Assembly (NCBI RefSeq): GCF_001186125.1
Contig: NW_014040488.1
Coordinates: forward strand, 1 to 44,140
Reading direction: 5' to 3'
From: Sphaeroforma arctica JP610
Lineage: Eukaryota
Length of the DNA stretch: 44,140 nt
Shown in pieces: positions 1 to 13,500 of this stretch. The notes under the pieces were generated by a model. That model did no database searches. It worked only from the letters and a program-made list of their open reading frames with translations, and was not told where the DNA came from. A program made the translations under genes and the position numbers. The stretch's first letter is position 1, and each line of letters opens with the position of its first letter.

Positions 1-26
1 GTGTGTGTGTGTGTGTGTGTGTGTGT
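1..26. repeat. (GT)n microsatellite
   Basis: Perfect GT dinucleotide run at window start, followed by degenerate GT/AT-rich sequence. Confidence 0.95.
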
Positions 27-315
27 TGTGCGTGTGTCCTGATATGCAGATGCGTGTTTCTGGATTGTTATGAATGTACATGTGTATGTGCATTAATACG
101 TCTGTTGCATTCATATCTGTATATGTATCCGTATGTGGTATGTTATGCGTGCGTATTTTTGTGTTTAGGTGTATGTTTGTGTTTATGTGTACGTGTTTAA
201 TTCCATGTACCTGTGAGTTTGCAAATATTCGTACACACTTGCATGAAAACAGATCCACACACTAATACCTTATCAATCAAAAAGGGAGGACCTAACCAAA
301 GCGTAGGTAACATAC

Positions 316-902
316 TTGGATGATTCCGAACGGGTCACTCGCTTTGTAGTGACTCCAGGGGAAGGACTTGTATCACCTACTGTTGAAGCGCTTTTATGTG
401 AACGTTCATGTTCACTTATAGAACTGCCGTTCTTTGCGGCGGTGGCACTTGTTGGTTTGCCCTGAAAGCTTGATTGCCTCACAATTGAATTATTGTGAGG
501 TTCATCTATGGGAACTGAGTTGACTGCTTCTGCGCTGATACTCATAGCCATCTTCTCTGATTGCTTGCGTTGCTTTAGCATACTCAGACTGCGTGTGAAC
601 GTCTTACCCGTGCCCTTGAGCCCTGCATGCTTTGTACCGTCCCCATTAGCACCAGGCTGTGGTGGTGGTGGGAGATGCACAGAGCTGCCATTGTCTGCTA
701 CTGGTTTGTCAGTCACATTCCTTTTTGAGTGTTTTCTAATTGTACCAGTAACGATCTCAGCCGCATTGCTGAATGACTCTGACTTGCGCTTATGCATGTG
801 TTCCTGTGGGTTTCCCTCTGATGCCGTGCGTGTGTGTGCTTCATAGACCACGGCGTCGTTGGTAGACAGCCGTGACTCATCCGTCATCCGAGGCACAGAC
901 AT
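316..902 (-). CDS. First coding exon of an unidentified gene (low-complexity, Ser/Lys/Thr-rich N-terminus); gene continues beyond the left edge
   Basis: ATG at 902, open ~196 codons (MSVPRMTDESRL...RSESSK), then a GTATGT donor at 315-310 followed by intron-like (CA)n-rich sequence. No recognisable domain. Confidence 0.6.
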
Positions 903-1718
903 TGTGGTGCAATGAGGGCTTGGCCAAGCAAGCGATGTTTCTACCGTTTATGGCGCTAAGTACTCAGGGCAATTTTCTGCCATGTTTGTCCCTTCATTGC
1001 CGCCAGACAACAAAGAACGCGATGTGACTGTGAAGCAATAATAGGGCAGGTGAGAAACTGTGTTGGAATGGAAAATTAAATATATAGCTACTGTATGGTA
1101 CTTGATAACAATTGATCAATGTGACTACATAAAGGAAAGACTTATGTGGATGCGGATATGCACTTGCGTGTTGCTATTTTGATTTTACTATGAGGCTGTC
1201 TGTGTGAATCAGTCCATCTGTGAGCAATTCCATTTATAAATATCAATTATTTTTTACACTGGCCAGGGGCCCAGGGCCCAGACTGAAGAGGTGAGGAAAC
1301 TGGGGATGGATGCCTGCTGGTGATCCCCTCATTTTCTGATTTTCAAGCACTTTTATATATATTTCACAGAACAAATTCAAGCATTTCATAGGCGCTCTGT
1401 CGCTCTGGATTCTGTGAAATCGAATCAATTTCCCCGAAATATCATAAATATTTTATATTTATAAAAATACAATGAATGCACCACAGTGGGAGTGCTCTAA
1501 AATTGAAAACCCATGACTCTACTAACCGCCTTTTATGGTATGTATGCAAAAATATACTTCACTTTTGCGTACATGCCCACAATTACTCACTTTTTGTGAT
1601 TCATGCGCACGCCCGTAACGAAGTTGGTAACCGTTGACGAACGAAAAATTAGTGCGTCAGCTGTCTCGCCTCCAGCCCTAACACTATTTTAAATCAGCTA
1701 TAGGACACATATGACAAC

Positions 1719-4700
1719 ATGAGCAAAAAACGAGCTTCGCCCCCTAAATTCAAAGTAGATCAAACAGACGACACCGACAAACCACAGCAGAATGCGGTTA
1801 GAACAGCCACTCCACGAAAACAGAATCCACTTACAAATACGAAGGAAATCGAGCCAGATCTCATACGACAGACTAGTATGCCACCGCTAACGCCCCCGCC
1901 TACTTCAATTACTAATCAGTTACCGACATCATCGGCTAGCCACCGATCGCAATCCGTATCTACAGTGCCAGAAGGCAGTGTAAGTTATCGCAATTATATG
2001 CGATAAACGTGTATTTGAACGAACCGATTATATATNNNNNNNNNNNNNNNNNNNNNNNNNNNNNNNNNNNNNNNNNNNNNNNNNNNNNNNNNTCATGTAT
2101 ATATATATATATACTAGTGTACCTTTGTGCATTACACAATAGCCGTGTTATGCAAGCACTGAGGTTTTAAGCGGGTTGCGTTATCCACTATCACTTGCAT
2201 GTGGGTTTTCATACCGTCTACCGCTTTTGCACATCCCTACAGCTGAGTCCGCAGAACGGCCATGTTAGTGATGATGGCACAGTGCCTTCGGCGTATGTGA
2301 GGAAAGGGTCGAGCCTGGCGGGTGTCGTACGAGAAAAGGCTCCGTTCCTTCATCCTCCAGGAGTGAGTGATATATTTTGCTCATTACTGTCGTAGCCTTC
2401 AGCTGTGTTAGTGCTTAGTGCAGAGTAGTTAGCGTGAATATTGGCTGTTTGTCAGAGTGTCTAATTAATATTGTCTAGTATGTGTGAATCCACTGTGCCA
2501 AAAACGCGTATATCCTGCGGTTCAAAAATCAAAACACGTTTACAGATGCTTATGTCCAATGACTAGTGGTGTTGTATGATTGTGGTATGTTCTAATATAC
2601 GCTGACCCAATTAATCGGTACACCCAGCATCAGGGGTCGTTCAATAGCGAAAACTTTGGAGGCGAGTACTCAACATTGGGATCGACGAGGTCCATCTACG
2701 TCATCTACACAGGCGGTACTCTGGGCATGACCTATGGGGCAGACGGCTCGTTGCGCCCAGAACCACGTACGTACAGCTGAAGCAAGATGGGTTCCCTGTA
2801 ATTGAGTAGTTGTGTGTAAGTATACAGAACTACGTACGTATAACGGTTTGTAAGTGTGGCTTGTGTAGCAATTTTCGGTTTTCTTTTCTCTGGAGTTGTA
2901 CCGCAGAGACGGCTTTCTGCTCTCGCGAGGATTCTATGTGGTGCTGCACCTCGTTGTGTGTAGTACTTTGTTGACATTTGTTTCTTGAGTTGTGAACCGG
3001 TTTCAGCCGAGGCCTGGTACTTGAATTAGCGATTCACTGTACATTATGTAGTCTCGTCAGTCGTATGGATCAGTAGTCGTTGGAGCTGGTTGCACATCAT
3101 TGCAGCAAGCGGCCTCAGGGACTGTACTCCAATACATATTTTGTATGATCAAACGTCCACATCAGAAACAGTGCATGTGCTTTGTATATTATGTTACTGT
3201 TATAAAGCCTTCAATTATATACTGCCGCACGAAACTGCGCGAATGTTGCGAAAAGCGGAAGCCATAGACTTCTTTCTTCACATTGCCAAATCCACACACA
3301 GAGAACCTCGCATAGCTATCTGGAAAATGAACCGGTTTTTTCTTTGTTCTATCAGACTTTTTGACTCAGAAGATACAGTCGTTGCCCGAGTTCCGGTCTC
3401 ATCAGATGCCACAAATTGTCATAAACGAATGGGACGTCATTAAAGGTATCTAAGTATGTCACTGCTCATAAATTCTGTCGCCGGAAAGTGTGTGATGCCC
3501 GACCCTATATATATGTAGACCCGCTATCGCTTTTGTGTACAAACACAGTGTGACGCTTCGCTGTGCTGTGTCGCTTCTTCACAGTGTTTCACTTAGAACA
3601 TTAGAGTACTAGAGTAATAAAGTAAAGTATTGCAGATAGTTTACTGATAACCCTTTCAGTTCAAGAGACTATAGACTATTCAATCTTCTTCTTTTTTTCT
3701 TTGTTCACATTCGTGCCCCTCTATCCGCCTTTGCTGAACTTCTGTGGGAAATGCACTTCATTGTGTAGATTCATCTGATATGGGTTTTCAAGAGGCAGCG
3801 AAGTTGGCGGAGGAGATTCAAGCAGTAAGTCTCGCTCACTTTCACGATTTTGCGTTCTGGTGTGCATACATCGAGTGACTAACTATATTGCACTGTGAAA
3901 TCGTGGGGTGGACGCCATCGCACTGTGCTTATTTTTGAATATTCTGATGGGATGTTCAACAACGTGTACGTACTGTGGTGAATGCTTGCGCTAATATGCT
4001 TATACCTATGCAATGCCAGAACTATGATTCGTACGATGGGTTTGTCGTACTGCACGGCACTGACACCATGGCCTATACCGCAAGTACCCTGTCCTTCATG
4101 CTAGAGAACCTCGGAAAGCCAGGTGCGTTGTCGTGATCGGAAACGGACATTTCTTCTCGGCGATTTATTAACGATCGCCATCGAGTGGCTAGAGTATGAA
4201 TATTTGCAGTGGATAGACGCACACATGGCAATTGTGTTTGTAGTTGTCGTGTGGTGCACTATTCGATTGTGGGGTGTTGAGCGTCTGGTTTTCAGTGTCT
4301 TCTGAGCATTTGCACGGTACGTGTAGTAGTCTGAAACACCTATGTTAACGCAATGGGTATAAGTTCGAATAACTCCGCCAGTAAATATGTCCACTTGGGT
4401 TGCAGTGATAGTCACAGGGTCATCCATTCCGCTGTGTGAGATTTACAATGACGCCAGAAGGAACGTGATTGTGAGCTTCATGTATGCCTCATCGTCTGAC
4501 TTATGCGAAGTTTGCGTATTCTTCAACAATGTTCTGTTGAGAGGCAATCGGTGCAGTAAGGTGTGTATCGTGGTTTTTACCTAAAAAATATTCTTCCTGC
4601 TGTGTCATATTGATCCCAAACAATCTCATTTGATCTGCCAATGGGCTACCCATTGTTCCACAGCTGCTCGTGTGGCACAGTCTGCCATTCTCAAATCTCT

Positions 4701-6261
4701 CGCAGCGACGCAATTGTATATGTTTTCCGAGTGAGTGCGTTCCATACGACTCTTCATTTCATTGTAGGGTTTAGGGTTTTAGTTTTTTTGGTCACGCTTC
4801 AGTCCCCACGGCCTGCAGGTGTCAGTCCGCGAGCTCAACGCGTTCTGGTCAAATAATTTTCCACCATTGGGTAAACTGGGTGTGCATATGACGCTGACCA
4901 AAGATCTTCTGAGAGAGCCACCCAAGGTAAATTAGCGGCAAAGTGCATCGATTGGTACATTCTGTTCTCCTCTTTTCCCTTCCGCTTAGATATATCGGAC
5001 TTGAGGCCGCGGACTGTTAATATTTTCTCACCTGCAATTGTTTGAGCGGTCTAAGTGAAGTCTCGCGCTTGTGAAGTAACATAACACATCGGTCGTCTCT
5101 ATCACCGGATTCTGTTTGGGTCTGGAATTTCCGAACAACTTAGATGAGTTTTTAAAAGCAACAGGAAATATGCCATGTTTGAATCTGAAACATGTTTCAA
5201 TAGCATGTTACATCTTTGTTCTTGTACGGTCATACAATAGGATTATGTATGTTCCTCGTATCACAATTTCTTATGAACCTAAATTCACTGGTCCTATTTA
5301 TTTTAAGGGGCATTTCTGGATAAATTAGGAACTCGATGAAAATATATTACAATTCAATCTGGTTAAATTTATTAATAGGGGCATTTCAAAGTACACAAGG
5401 AATTCGATGAAAATATAATACAATTTAATCTGCTCCCGGGAATCAAGGCTGGACTGGTCCATAACATGATACAGCCGCCCGTGAAAGGCATAATTATGCA
5501 CACTTTTGGAGCTGGTATGTCGCATCGATAGAATCGTTGAAATCAAACCCCTAATTTCTATTTTGTCCAGGGGAATCAGTATCTCAGTCATTCAATAGTG
5601 TCGCAGTCTAAAAGCTCGTACCTTTCAACCCACACTTTTCCAACCCAAACTATGTCAGGGAATGGACCAAGTGATCCGAGCTTGTGGGAAGTGCTTAAAA
5701 AGGCATCTGATCGTGGAGTGTACATCTACATTCTGACACAGTGTATAAGAGGGTACGTTAACGGTATCACCAAGCGTTGCTTGCAACTTCATTTAGTATT
5801 CGAATTTTTATTCTTCAAGTACATGACTCCGACTGCCGTTCATCTCCTTGCACTCGCGTAGTTCGTGCATACGTCTTTTTTGGCGTTGATTTTTGAATGG
5901 TCAGGGAATTCTGCCCCCCTATGCTGTCAATTACGATTTCCCGCTCGCAGCTGAGAGTTTGTCGAGGGTGTTCTTAACACTACACTTGTCTCGGATGCAG
6001 TACGTTTGTACTCAGATCGACGATGCATGTTCTGTTCACATCAGGTACGTGACGTTTGGGGAGTATGCGGCAGGACAGGGGGTATCAGCATGTGGTGGTA
6101 TTTCAGGGTATGATATCACTGTGGAGTCGGCCTTTGCGAAAATGGGATGCATTCTGGGTAGGAATCTGCCAAGTGATGTAACGAGAGAGCTATTGGCATC
6201 AGATTTGCGTGGAGAGATGACTGTGGATATTTCATCAGATCATGTGCCGATGGGGCTTTAG
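1719..6261 (+). CDS. L-asparaginase, type I (cytosolic AnsA/ASPG-like), ~490 aa, 11 exons, no ankyrin repeats
   Basis: Phase-consistent GT-AG exons 1719-1979, 2243-2362, 2634(or 2628)-2766, 3356-3445, 3769-3824, 4020-4122, 4406-4560, 4819-4926, 5379-5514, 5659-5752, 6045-6261. Motifs [103 protein letters not shown]. Confidence 0.93.
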
Positions 6262-6286
6262 GTTCGTATCTGTATTCTACATCGAG

Positions 6287-6292
6287 AATAAA
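6287..6292 (+). terminator. Candidate polyadenylation signal of the asparaginase gene
   Basis: AATAAA about 25 nt after the TAG stop at 6259-6261. Confidence 0.4.
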
Positions 6293-6486
6293 GTGATTAT
6301 ATCGTCTGAAACCGTTTTAAAATGACAATAACAAACTCGTTACAGTTAGCGAGACGCCATGAATACATTTTTCAAGCATATAATTTCTCTCTTTGCAAGC
6401 CAAACGTTATAATAGATCTGATCACAATTTCCAGACCCACTTGTTTCGATTTCACTTCAAGCAGTATCTGAGCGAAATAGAAGAGT

Positions 6487-6825
6487 CATACGCTGGTGCT
6501 TAGTAGTTTTAAATGGATATGTTATCCGCACATTGCTATTTCTTAAACGTGAGGGGCATACGCTGGTGCTTAGTAGTTTTAAATAGATATTTAATGCATA
6601 CATTGCTATTTATCAAACATAAGGTTCATACGCTGGTGCATAGTAGTTTTTAAATGGACATTTTACGCATACATTGCTATTTCTTAGACGTAAGGGTCAT
6701 ACGCTGGTGCTTAGTAGTTTTAAATGGATATTTTATGCACGCATTGCTATTTATCACACAGAAGGGCCATGCGCTGGGGCTTAGTGGTTTTAAAACAGTA
6801 AGGTCATACGCTGGTGCTTAGCAGT
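6487..6825. repeat. ~70-bp minisatellite, ~5.5 copies
   Basis: Core CATACGCTGGTGCTTAGTAGTTTTAAAT recurs at ~6487, 6557, 6627, 6698, 6768, 6805; intervening sequences are also similar to each other. Confidence 0.9.
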
Positions 6826-6888
6826 TTATCCAGCCTCTAAATTAGTCACACAGTTCCGTTCCCTCTTACTCGCTCAAATCTTGAAGAG

Positions 6889-6926
<38 letters not shown>

Positions 6927-7555
6927 TACGAAGTCGTACGACCGAACGGACGACGAACGAGGGAGTAGNNNNNNNNNNNNNNNNNNNNNNNNNNNNNNNN
7001 NNNNACAGCAACCAAAATTGGAGTTCCCGACACCATCGAGTATTCCTTAACCTTATTCACAAGCATACGACCGCGTCAATCATGTGTGAGCCTCGCCCAA
7101 ATTCTCCAGGGCCACGCTCCTTTAATCAACTGTGAGTTGTCAGCCTTCAAAGCCTCTCTGGATTGTGGACACTCGCCCTCAACTCCACTCCTCAAGGCTC
7201 AAGCAATAAATCACAAACTGACAAAAACAATATAAATTCACCGGTTAATGATACTGAATGATACCGAACCACTCTCAAAATTTAGAGGCCCAATAACATT
7301 GCCATACGGACCTTTTAACCAATAATTGATAAAGATTTTTTGTTGTTGAATTTCTCATATGTAGGGATATATTATTTATTTCAATTTAGCTCATAGTTCC
7401 TCTTAAATTCAAGCTGGTGCCTCTTGAATCTTTTGTGGGACTTTGTATAGAGTGGTCATACTCTGCTTCAAGAAGCCACTAACTAAAATCGGCACGCATA
7501 CCCATTTATGCCGCGTTAGCACAACCGAAGCCTTCGAAGCACTTCGTACGTAGTC

Positions 7556-10500
7556 ATGCAAGCGATTAAATTCGCTCAGTCGGTGCGCCAAGCCACACGC
7601 GCCAGCGCACTAAGTCTCACGCGTGCCTCTCGGTTTGTTCCCATTGCAGCTGTCGCATGCACCCGTGTACGGACAAGATTCCTGTCTAGTGAGCCTCACT
7701 TACACAGTGATGGCAAACCGTCAGGGCTCGTTCTCACAGTGGCTAATCCCGCAGTCATCTTAAACAATATTGCTCAGCGCTATGAATCAATCTCGCGTAT
7801 CTTGATGGAGGTATGGTATTGCCGTGTGCTTCGAAAAGTAATTGTGTAAAGCTCTAGTTCTCTTGCTTATGTGCATGTTTCTTGTAATTGTATGCTGTAG
7901 TTTTTATTCTATACCCAATATGCGTGTTGCCAAGTGTACACCTTCAACAATGCACAGGTGAACAAAAGATTCACTATTCTACAAAGCGGGTCTAATTTCA
8001 AACTTCGTATCGATCCACCAACTTTGTTTGGATTTAGCCGTGAACGTGAATGACGAATTCTTCCGTTGAGAATCGCTACTTAAAAATGCGGTACGAAAAG
8101 TGCAAATAGATTAAAAATCCGTATTTCACTGATTGTACACAGCTATTACACCACACTATACACTTTACTGTTATGACTCAATTTCCTTGCAATGTACACT
8201 GCTATTTTGTCACACTGTGTACTTATTGATTTGACTCTTAATTACCATACAATGTATAGTACATCGACAACGCCATTGACGACCGCGAAGCCGACTTCAG
8301 ACAGGTGAGACGGAGTTGTCATTGAGTTAAACTGTGAAGACAAATTGGGAGGGTTTAAGCGCCTCGCTTCACATATAATCTATATTATGCCAACTGCTCG
8401 CGTAATTTCTTGTTTCGATATCTGTTGTCAGCCGTTCATCGTGAGCGTGACATACTGAGTTGTAGCTACATACTTCGTGCAATTACAATGTCCTGCCAGT
8501 CGTTGCAGTTATTATTCATCCCAAAGCTTAAGGCTTTACACATCACTCCCATATCTCATGTCTCTATGCAGAATGGCAATGAGTACGATAAACCGGTGGA
8601 CATCCGCATCACACTCGACAGTAAGAGACGCACAATCAAAATCACCGACAACAGCAGTGGCATGCCACAGCAGCAGCTCACCGAAGCCATTCTAACGGCG
8701 GGCGAAAGTAAAAAGAAAGGCGTTCCATGGCTCAACGGTGTGTGTTGTGGCTGGTCCTGTTTGACTTTTAAAGGTTATAAATTATGACATCTTTGATATC
8801 TCAGTGGCATAGCAGTGCAGCTTAGCTTGTGTTGCTAAACTCAATCGAGCCCATATGGGGAACCTAGCAAAAGAAGTCTAGCGTCTGGCAAGCCAATTCC
8901 CGCATGAGCACGTGGCGTGTCGCAGTGCAATAGCGCTTTAACCGGTGTTCCTACTGGTCAACAAGTTATATCATTTTTCCATAAATTACTCCATCACAAG
9001 AACATATATATTACCAACAATAGGGCAGGCGGTTTGTGTACTACCACCTGCTAACGATGTACGAAATCCCACAATGAATAATTCTTAACGCGCACAAATA
9101 ATTGCAGCATACCGATCACCAACACCCAACACCCGACACTCAGCACTCAACACCAGTTAACACTCACCACTCAACACCCAACACTCACTACCCAACACTC
9201 ACCACTCAACACCCACCACCCACACCCAACACTTACCACTCGACACCCAACACTCACTACCCAACACTCACCACTCGACACCCAACACTCACTACCCAAC
9301 ACTCACCACCCAACACCCAACACCCAACACTCACCACCCAACACTCATCATTCAACACCCTACACCCAACACTCACCACCCACCACCCACTACCCTACAC
9401 CCAACACTCACCACTCAACACCCAACACTCACTACCCAACACTCACCACCCAACAACCTACACCCAACACCCAACACTCACTATTCAACACCCACTACCC
9501 TACATCCAACACTCACCACTCAACACCCAACACCCAACACTCACTATTCAACACCCACTACCCTACACCCAACACTCACCACTCAACACCCAACACTCAT
9601 CACTCAACACTCAACACCCACCTCAGGTCAGTTCGGATTCGGTATTCACGCGTTTCGGGCTGCGGCGAAAACCATCAAATTAGAGTCAAAGGTACTCATT
9701 GTTTCTTCGAAAATGTTCGCATCTACGAACAAAATAAATCGTTTTCGTAGTCAGATTATCGTTTGTTTTGTAGTCGGAAATTTTTTATTCGTAGTGGGAT
9801 TATCGTTTGTTTCGTAGTCGGATAATCGTTTGTTTCGTAGTCGGATTATCGCTTGATTTGTAGCGGGATTATCGGTTGTTTCGTAGTGGGATTATCGCTT
9901 GATTCGTAGTCAGATTATCGATTGTTTCGTAGTCGGATTATCGCTTGATTTGTAGTGGGATTATCGGTTGTTTCGTAGTGGGATTATCGCTTGATTCGTA
10001 GCGGAATTTTCGTTTGTTTTGTAGTCAGATTATCGTTTGTTTTGTAGTCGGATTTTTTTTTTCGTAGTGGGATTATCGACTGTTTCGTAGCGGTTGATTC
10101 GTAGCGGGATTATCGTTTGTTTCGTAGTCAGATTATCGTTTGTTTCGTAGTCAGAGTATCGGTTGTTTCGTAGTCGGAATATCAGTTGTTTCGTAGTCGG
10201 ATTATCGCTTGATTCGTAGTGGGATTATCGGTTGCTTCGTAGTCGGATTATCAGTTGTTTCGTAGTCGGATTATCGCTTGATTTATAGTGGGATTATCGG
10301 TTGTTTCGTAGTCGGATTATCGTTTGTTTCGTAGTCCGAGTGTCGTTTGTTCTGTAGTCCGATTGTCCGTTGCTTCGTGGTCGTATTGTCATTTGTAAGT
10401 CGAATATTCGATATTTGGATACAAATACTGCTGTTCACGATAAGTTGCGCACAGTTCGGTATCGGAACTCGCACGCGTATGGTCTCGCGTCTTACCTCGT

Positions 10501-13500
10501 GCAATGTTGAGAGAGAACTGTTTCAGTAACTAATTGGAGTTTAGAGGCTACCGAGGAGAGTTATCTCTTCGTCTGAATAGACAGCATTGCTCATTCCTAT
10601 CCTCAAACAGAGCGCGCGGGTCATAATTTTAGGGTTTAGGTTTTGTCGCGAGATGCTATCATGAGACTGAGGTGACAGATGTGTGCAAGTCAAGGAGATC
10701 GATCATATACATCAAAACAGTTGTCATGACAACGATTAAGCTTAAAGTTCACGCCTTACCTCGTCCATAAGATCATTTGTGTAGTAAGTCTGTCTCCGCT
10801 TAATGTGGACAGAGCATTACTCTCCGTATTTTTCCAAGAACCTCAGTAACTTAAGATTTACCTACAACTTTTAGGGTTTTTAGTTTTCAGAACATATCCA
10901 GTTGATGGATACATGTTACTGCAGTTAGAGGTTTCCATCTCCTGAGATGTGTGTTTCACTTTGAAGAAGCTCTTCACACGAATTGATTGAACTCGCACAG
11001 TGGGGTCTTGTTTATTCCAATGGATAATTGTCCAGTGTTGTCATATCTAATTTTATCTACTTTATTCATTTGATTGTCCAGTGTTGTCATATCTTATGTT
11101 ATCTATTAAATTGAGTGGATCGTCTAGTGTTGTCATATCTAATGTTATCAAATAACCTCATTTGATTGTCCAGTGTTGTCATATCTAATGTTATCTATTA
11201 AATTGATTGGATCGTCTAGTGTTGTCATATATAATGTTATCTATTAAATTCATTTGATTGCCCAGTGTTGTCATATCTAATGTCATCTATTAAATTGATT
11301 GGATCGTCTAGTGTTGTCATGTCTAATGTTATTTATTAAATTCATTTGATTGTCCAGTGTTGTCATATCCAATGTTTTCTATTAAATTGATTGGATCGTC
11401 TAGTGTTGTCATATCTAATTTATCTATTAAAGTAATTCGTCTTCTGCATAAATGAATGAAAAACCGGTTTTCTGCGGTATATATTGTCGAACTCACACAC
11501 CCGTATCCGAAATTGGAAAAGTACCTACGCTCAGAAAGTACTTCTATTCAGAGAGAAAGACGATAAAACAGTCCTCGTCTCGTCATGAGAATCGATGGCC
11601 ATATTTCTGCGAGTGTTCAGTTTGCTCCTGTAACTTAATGAAGCCTACGTACACCACCTACCACAGACTCACGATGGTCCCCTGTTGAGTGTTACTCTGG
11701 ATCGAGATCGTCACACCGACATAGAGCCGCCACACATCATCGTGCACCCGTATGTAAAGTGCACTTTTGAGACTTTCTAACTGTTACAATGTGCTCATGA
11801 GCTCAATTTTTTTATGCATTATACAGTGGAGTGAGTGCGGATAAGTGTCGATTCGATTCCTTTGGTAAATCCTTTTTTCAATCCGGTGAACTGCATGTCA
11901 TGGCTGCCCATTGAGTGCCTTAGTCCATGGCATTCACATGTGACTTTGATGTATTACAACTGCACGTCATGGCTGCCCATTGAGTGCCTTAGTCCATCCA
12001 TGGCATTCGCATATGACTTTGATGTATTACAACTGCACGTCGTGGCTGCTCATTGAGTGCCTTAGTCCATGGCATTCGCATATGACTTTGATGTATTACA
12101 ACTGCACGTCATGGCTGCCCATTGAGTGCCTTAGCCCATGGCATTCGCATATAACTTTGATGTATTACAACTGCACGTCCTGGCTGCCCATTGAGTGCCT
12201 TAGTCCATGGCATTCGTATATGACTTTGATGTATTGCTCAACATTGCCTGCGCGTCGGTTGCAGTGAGACGCCCATTTACACCAGCGGAACGAATGTCTA
12301 CATCTCCGGAGTCGATCCAGAGTGGCTGCGAGGGGTACGTTATGTGTGTGCTCGTGTTGTGTGTGTTTTGTACATGTTGTGGCTGTGTTGGGTGTGTGGT
12401 GTGCATATTGTGGCTGTGTTGTGTGCTCGTGTTGTGTGTGTTGTGTACATGTTGTGGTTGTCTTGTTTGTAATTGGTGGTCATGTGTGTTTATATTCAAA
12501 TCCTATAGTGGATCTGTCTACAGAGGGTGCTATCTTAAATGTGCACAAGATCAATTTGTGTATCACTCGAATAAAAGTGGCAACTGATAACATGTGCAAC
12601 CATTGCTTCGCTGCATTAAAAAGTTAACGTTGATGCTTTTGATCACGTTATATATTAATGTTATTGCTCGTGATCACGTTATGTATTAATGTTAATGCTC
12701 GTGATCACGTTATGTATTAATGTTAATGCTCGTGATCGCGATATGTAATAATGTTAATGCTCGTGATCACGTTATGTATTAATCTTAATGCTCGTGATCA
12801 CGTTATGTATTAATCTTAATGCTCGTGATCACGTTATGTATTAATGCTACTGCTCGTGATCACGATATGTAATGATGTTAATGCTCGTGATCAGGTTATG
12901 TGTTAATGTTAATGCCCGTCGATGTATTGTTCTTCGTGCACGCCACCATGTCGCACAGTGTCACTAATCACTTACACATATGCAGCTGTGCTAGTGGTGC
13001 ATCATAAATGGGCCAGGTTGCATCCTTGCGCATGTGGTGGTGTGCATATGCGGTGGTGAGCCTTTGACCTGTTTCTTTCTCCCTGTGCCACTGCAGGTGG
13101 ACATCAACGTTATCGCGGAGGAAATTCAGTATCACTTCGAGCGCTTGCTTTGTCGCCCTGATCTGTCGATTACTGTGGAAGAAATCGTTGGCAAAGTGAT
13201 GGTATGTATCCGCTTGCGTACGATATCGTAAACCAGTTGGGGTGCCGTCACATGGACAGGCACAACTGCGAAAACATTCACGTGTACTTCAAGTACTATT
13301 GTACTTTCTGCTTTTGTTCTGGGCTATACACCCATGCGCGAGCACCGTTGCTGAACTGACTAGCCTATTCAAGTAGTCGATTTAGAAATGGGTTCCTAGT
13401 GTCACACGGCCCTTGCAGTTTAAGGATACATGAGGTGGCCCATGTGTACAATGCTCACTTGTAGTCTAACTTTAGCTGGTAGTCCAACTTTACCTGGTAG

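Noticed and set aside
6487..6825. CRISPR-like array (conserved ~28-bp core at ~70-bp spacing)
   Set aside because: The apparent spacers are homologous to each other, there are no cas genes and the context is eukaryotic; it is a minisatellite.
9102..9683. 193-aa His/Thr/Pro-rich ORF
   Set aside because: Artefact of a G-poor intronic repeat; only 9627-9691 is coding, in another frame.
11835..12627. Repetitive and Cys-rich ORFs
   Set aside because: Translations of a 69-bp minisatellite and TG-rich intron sequence; the real exon is 12265-12334.
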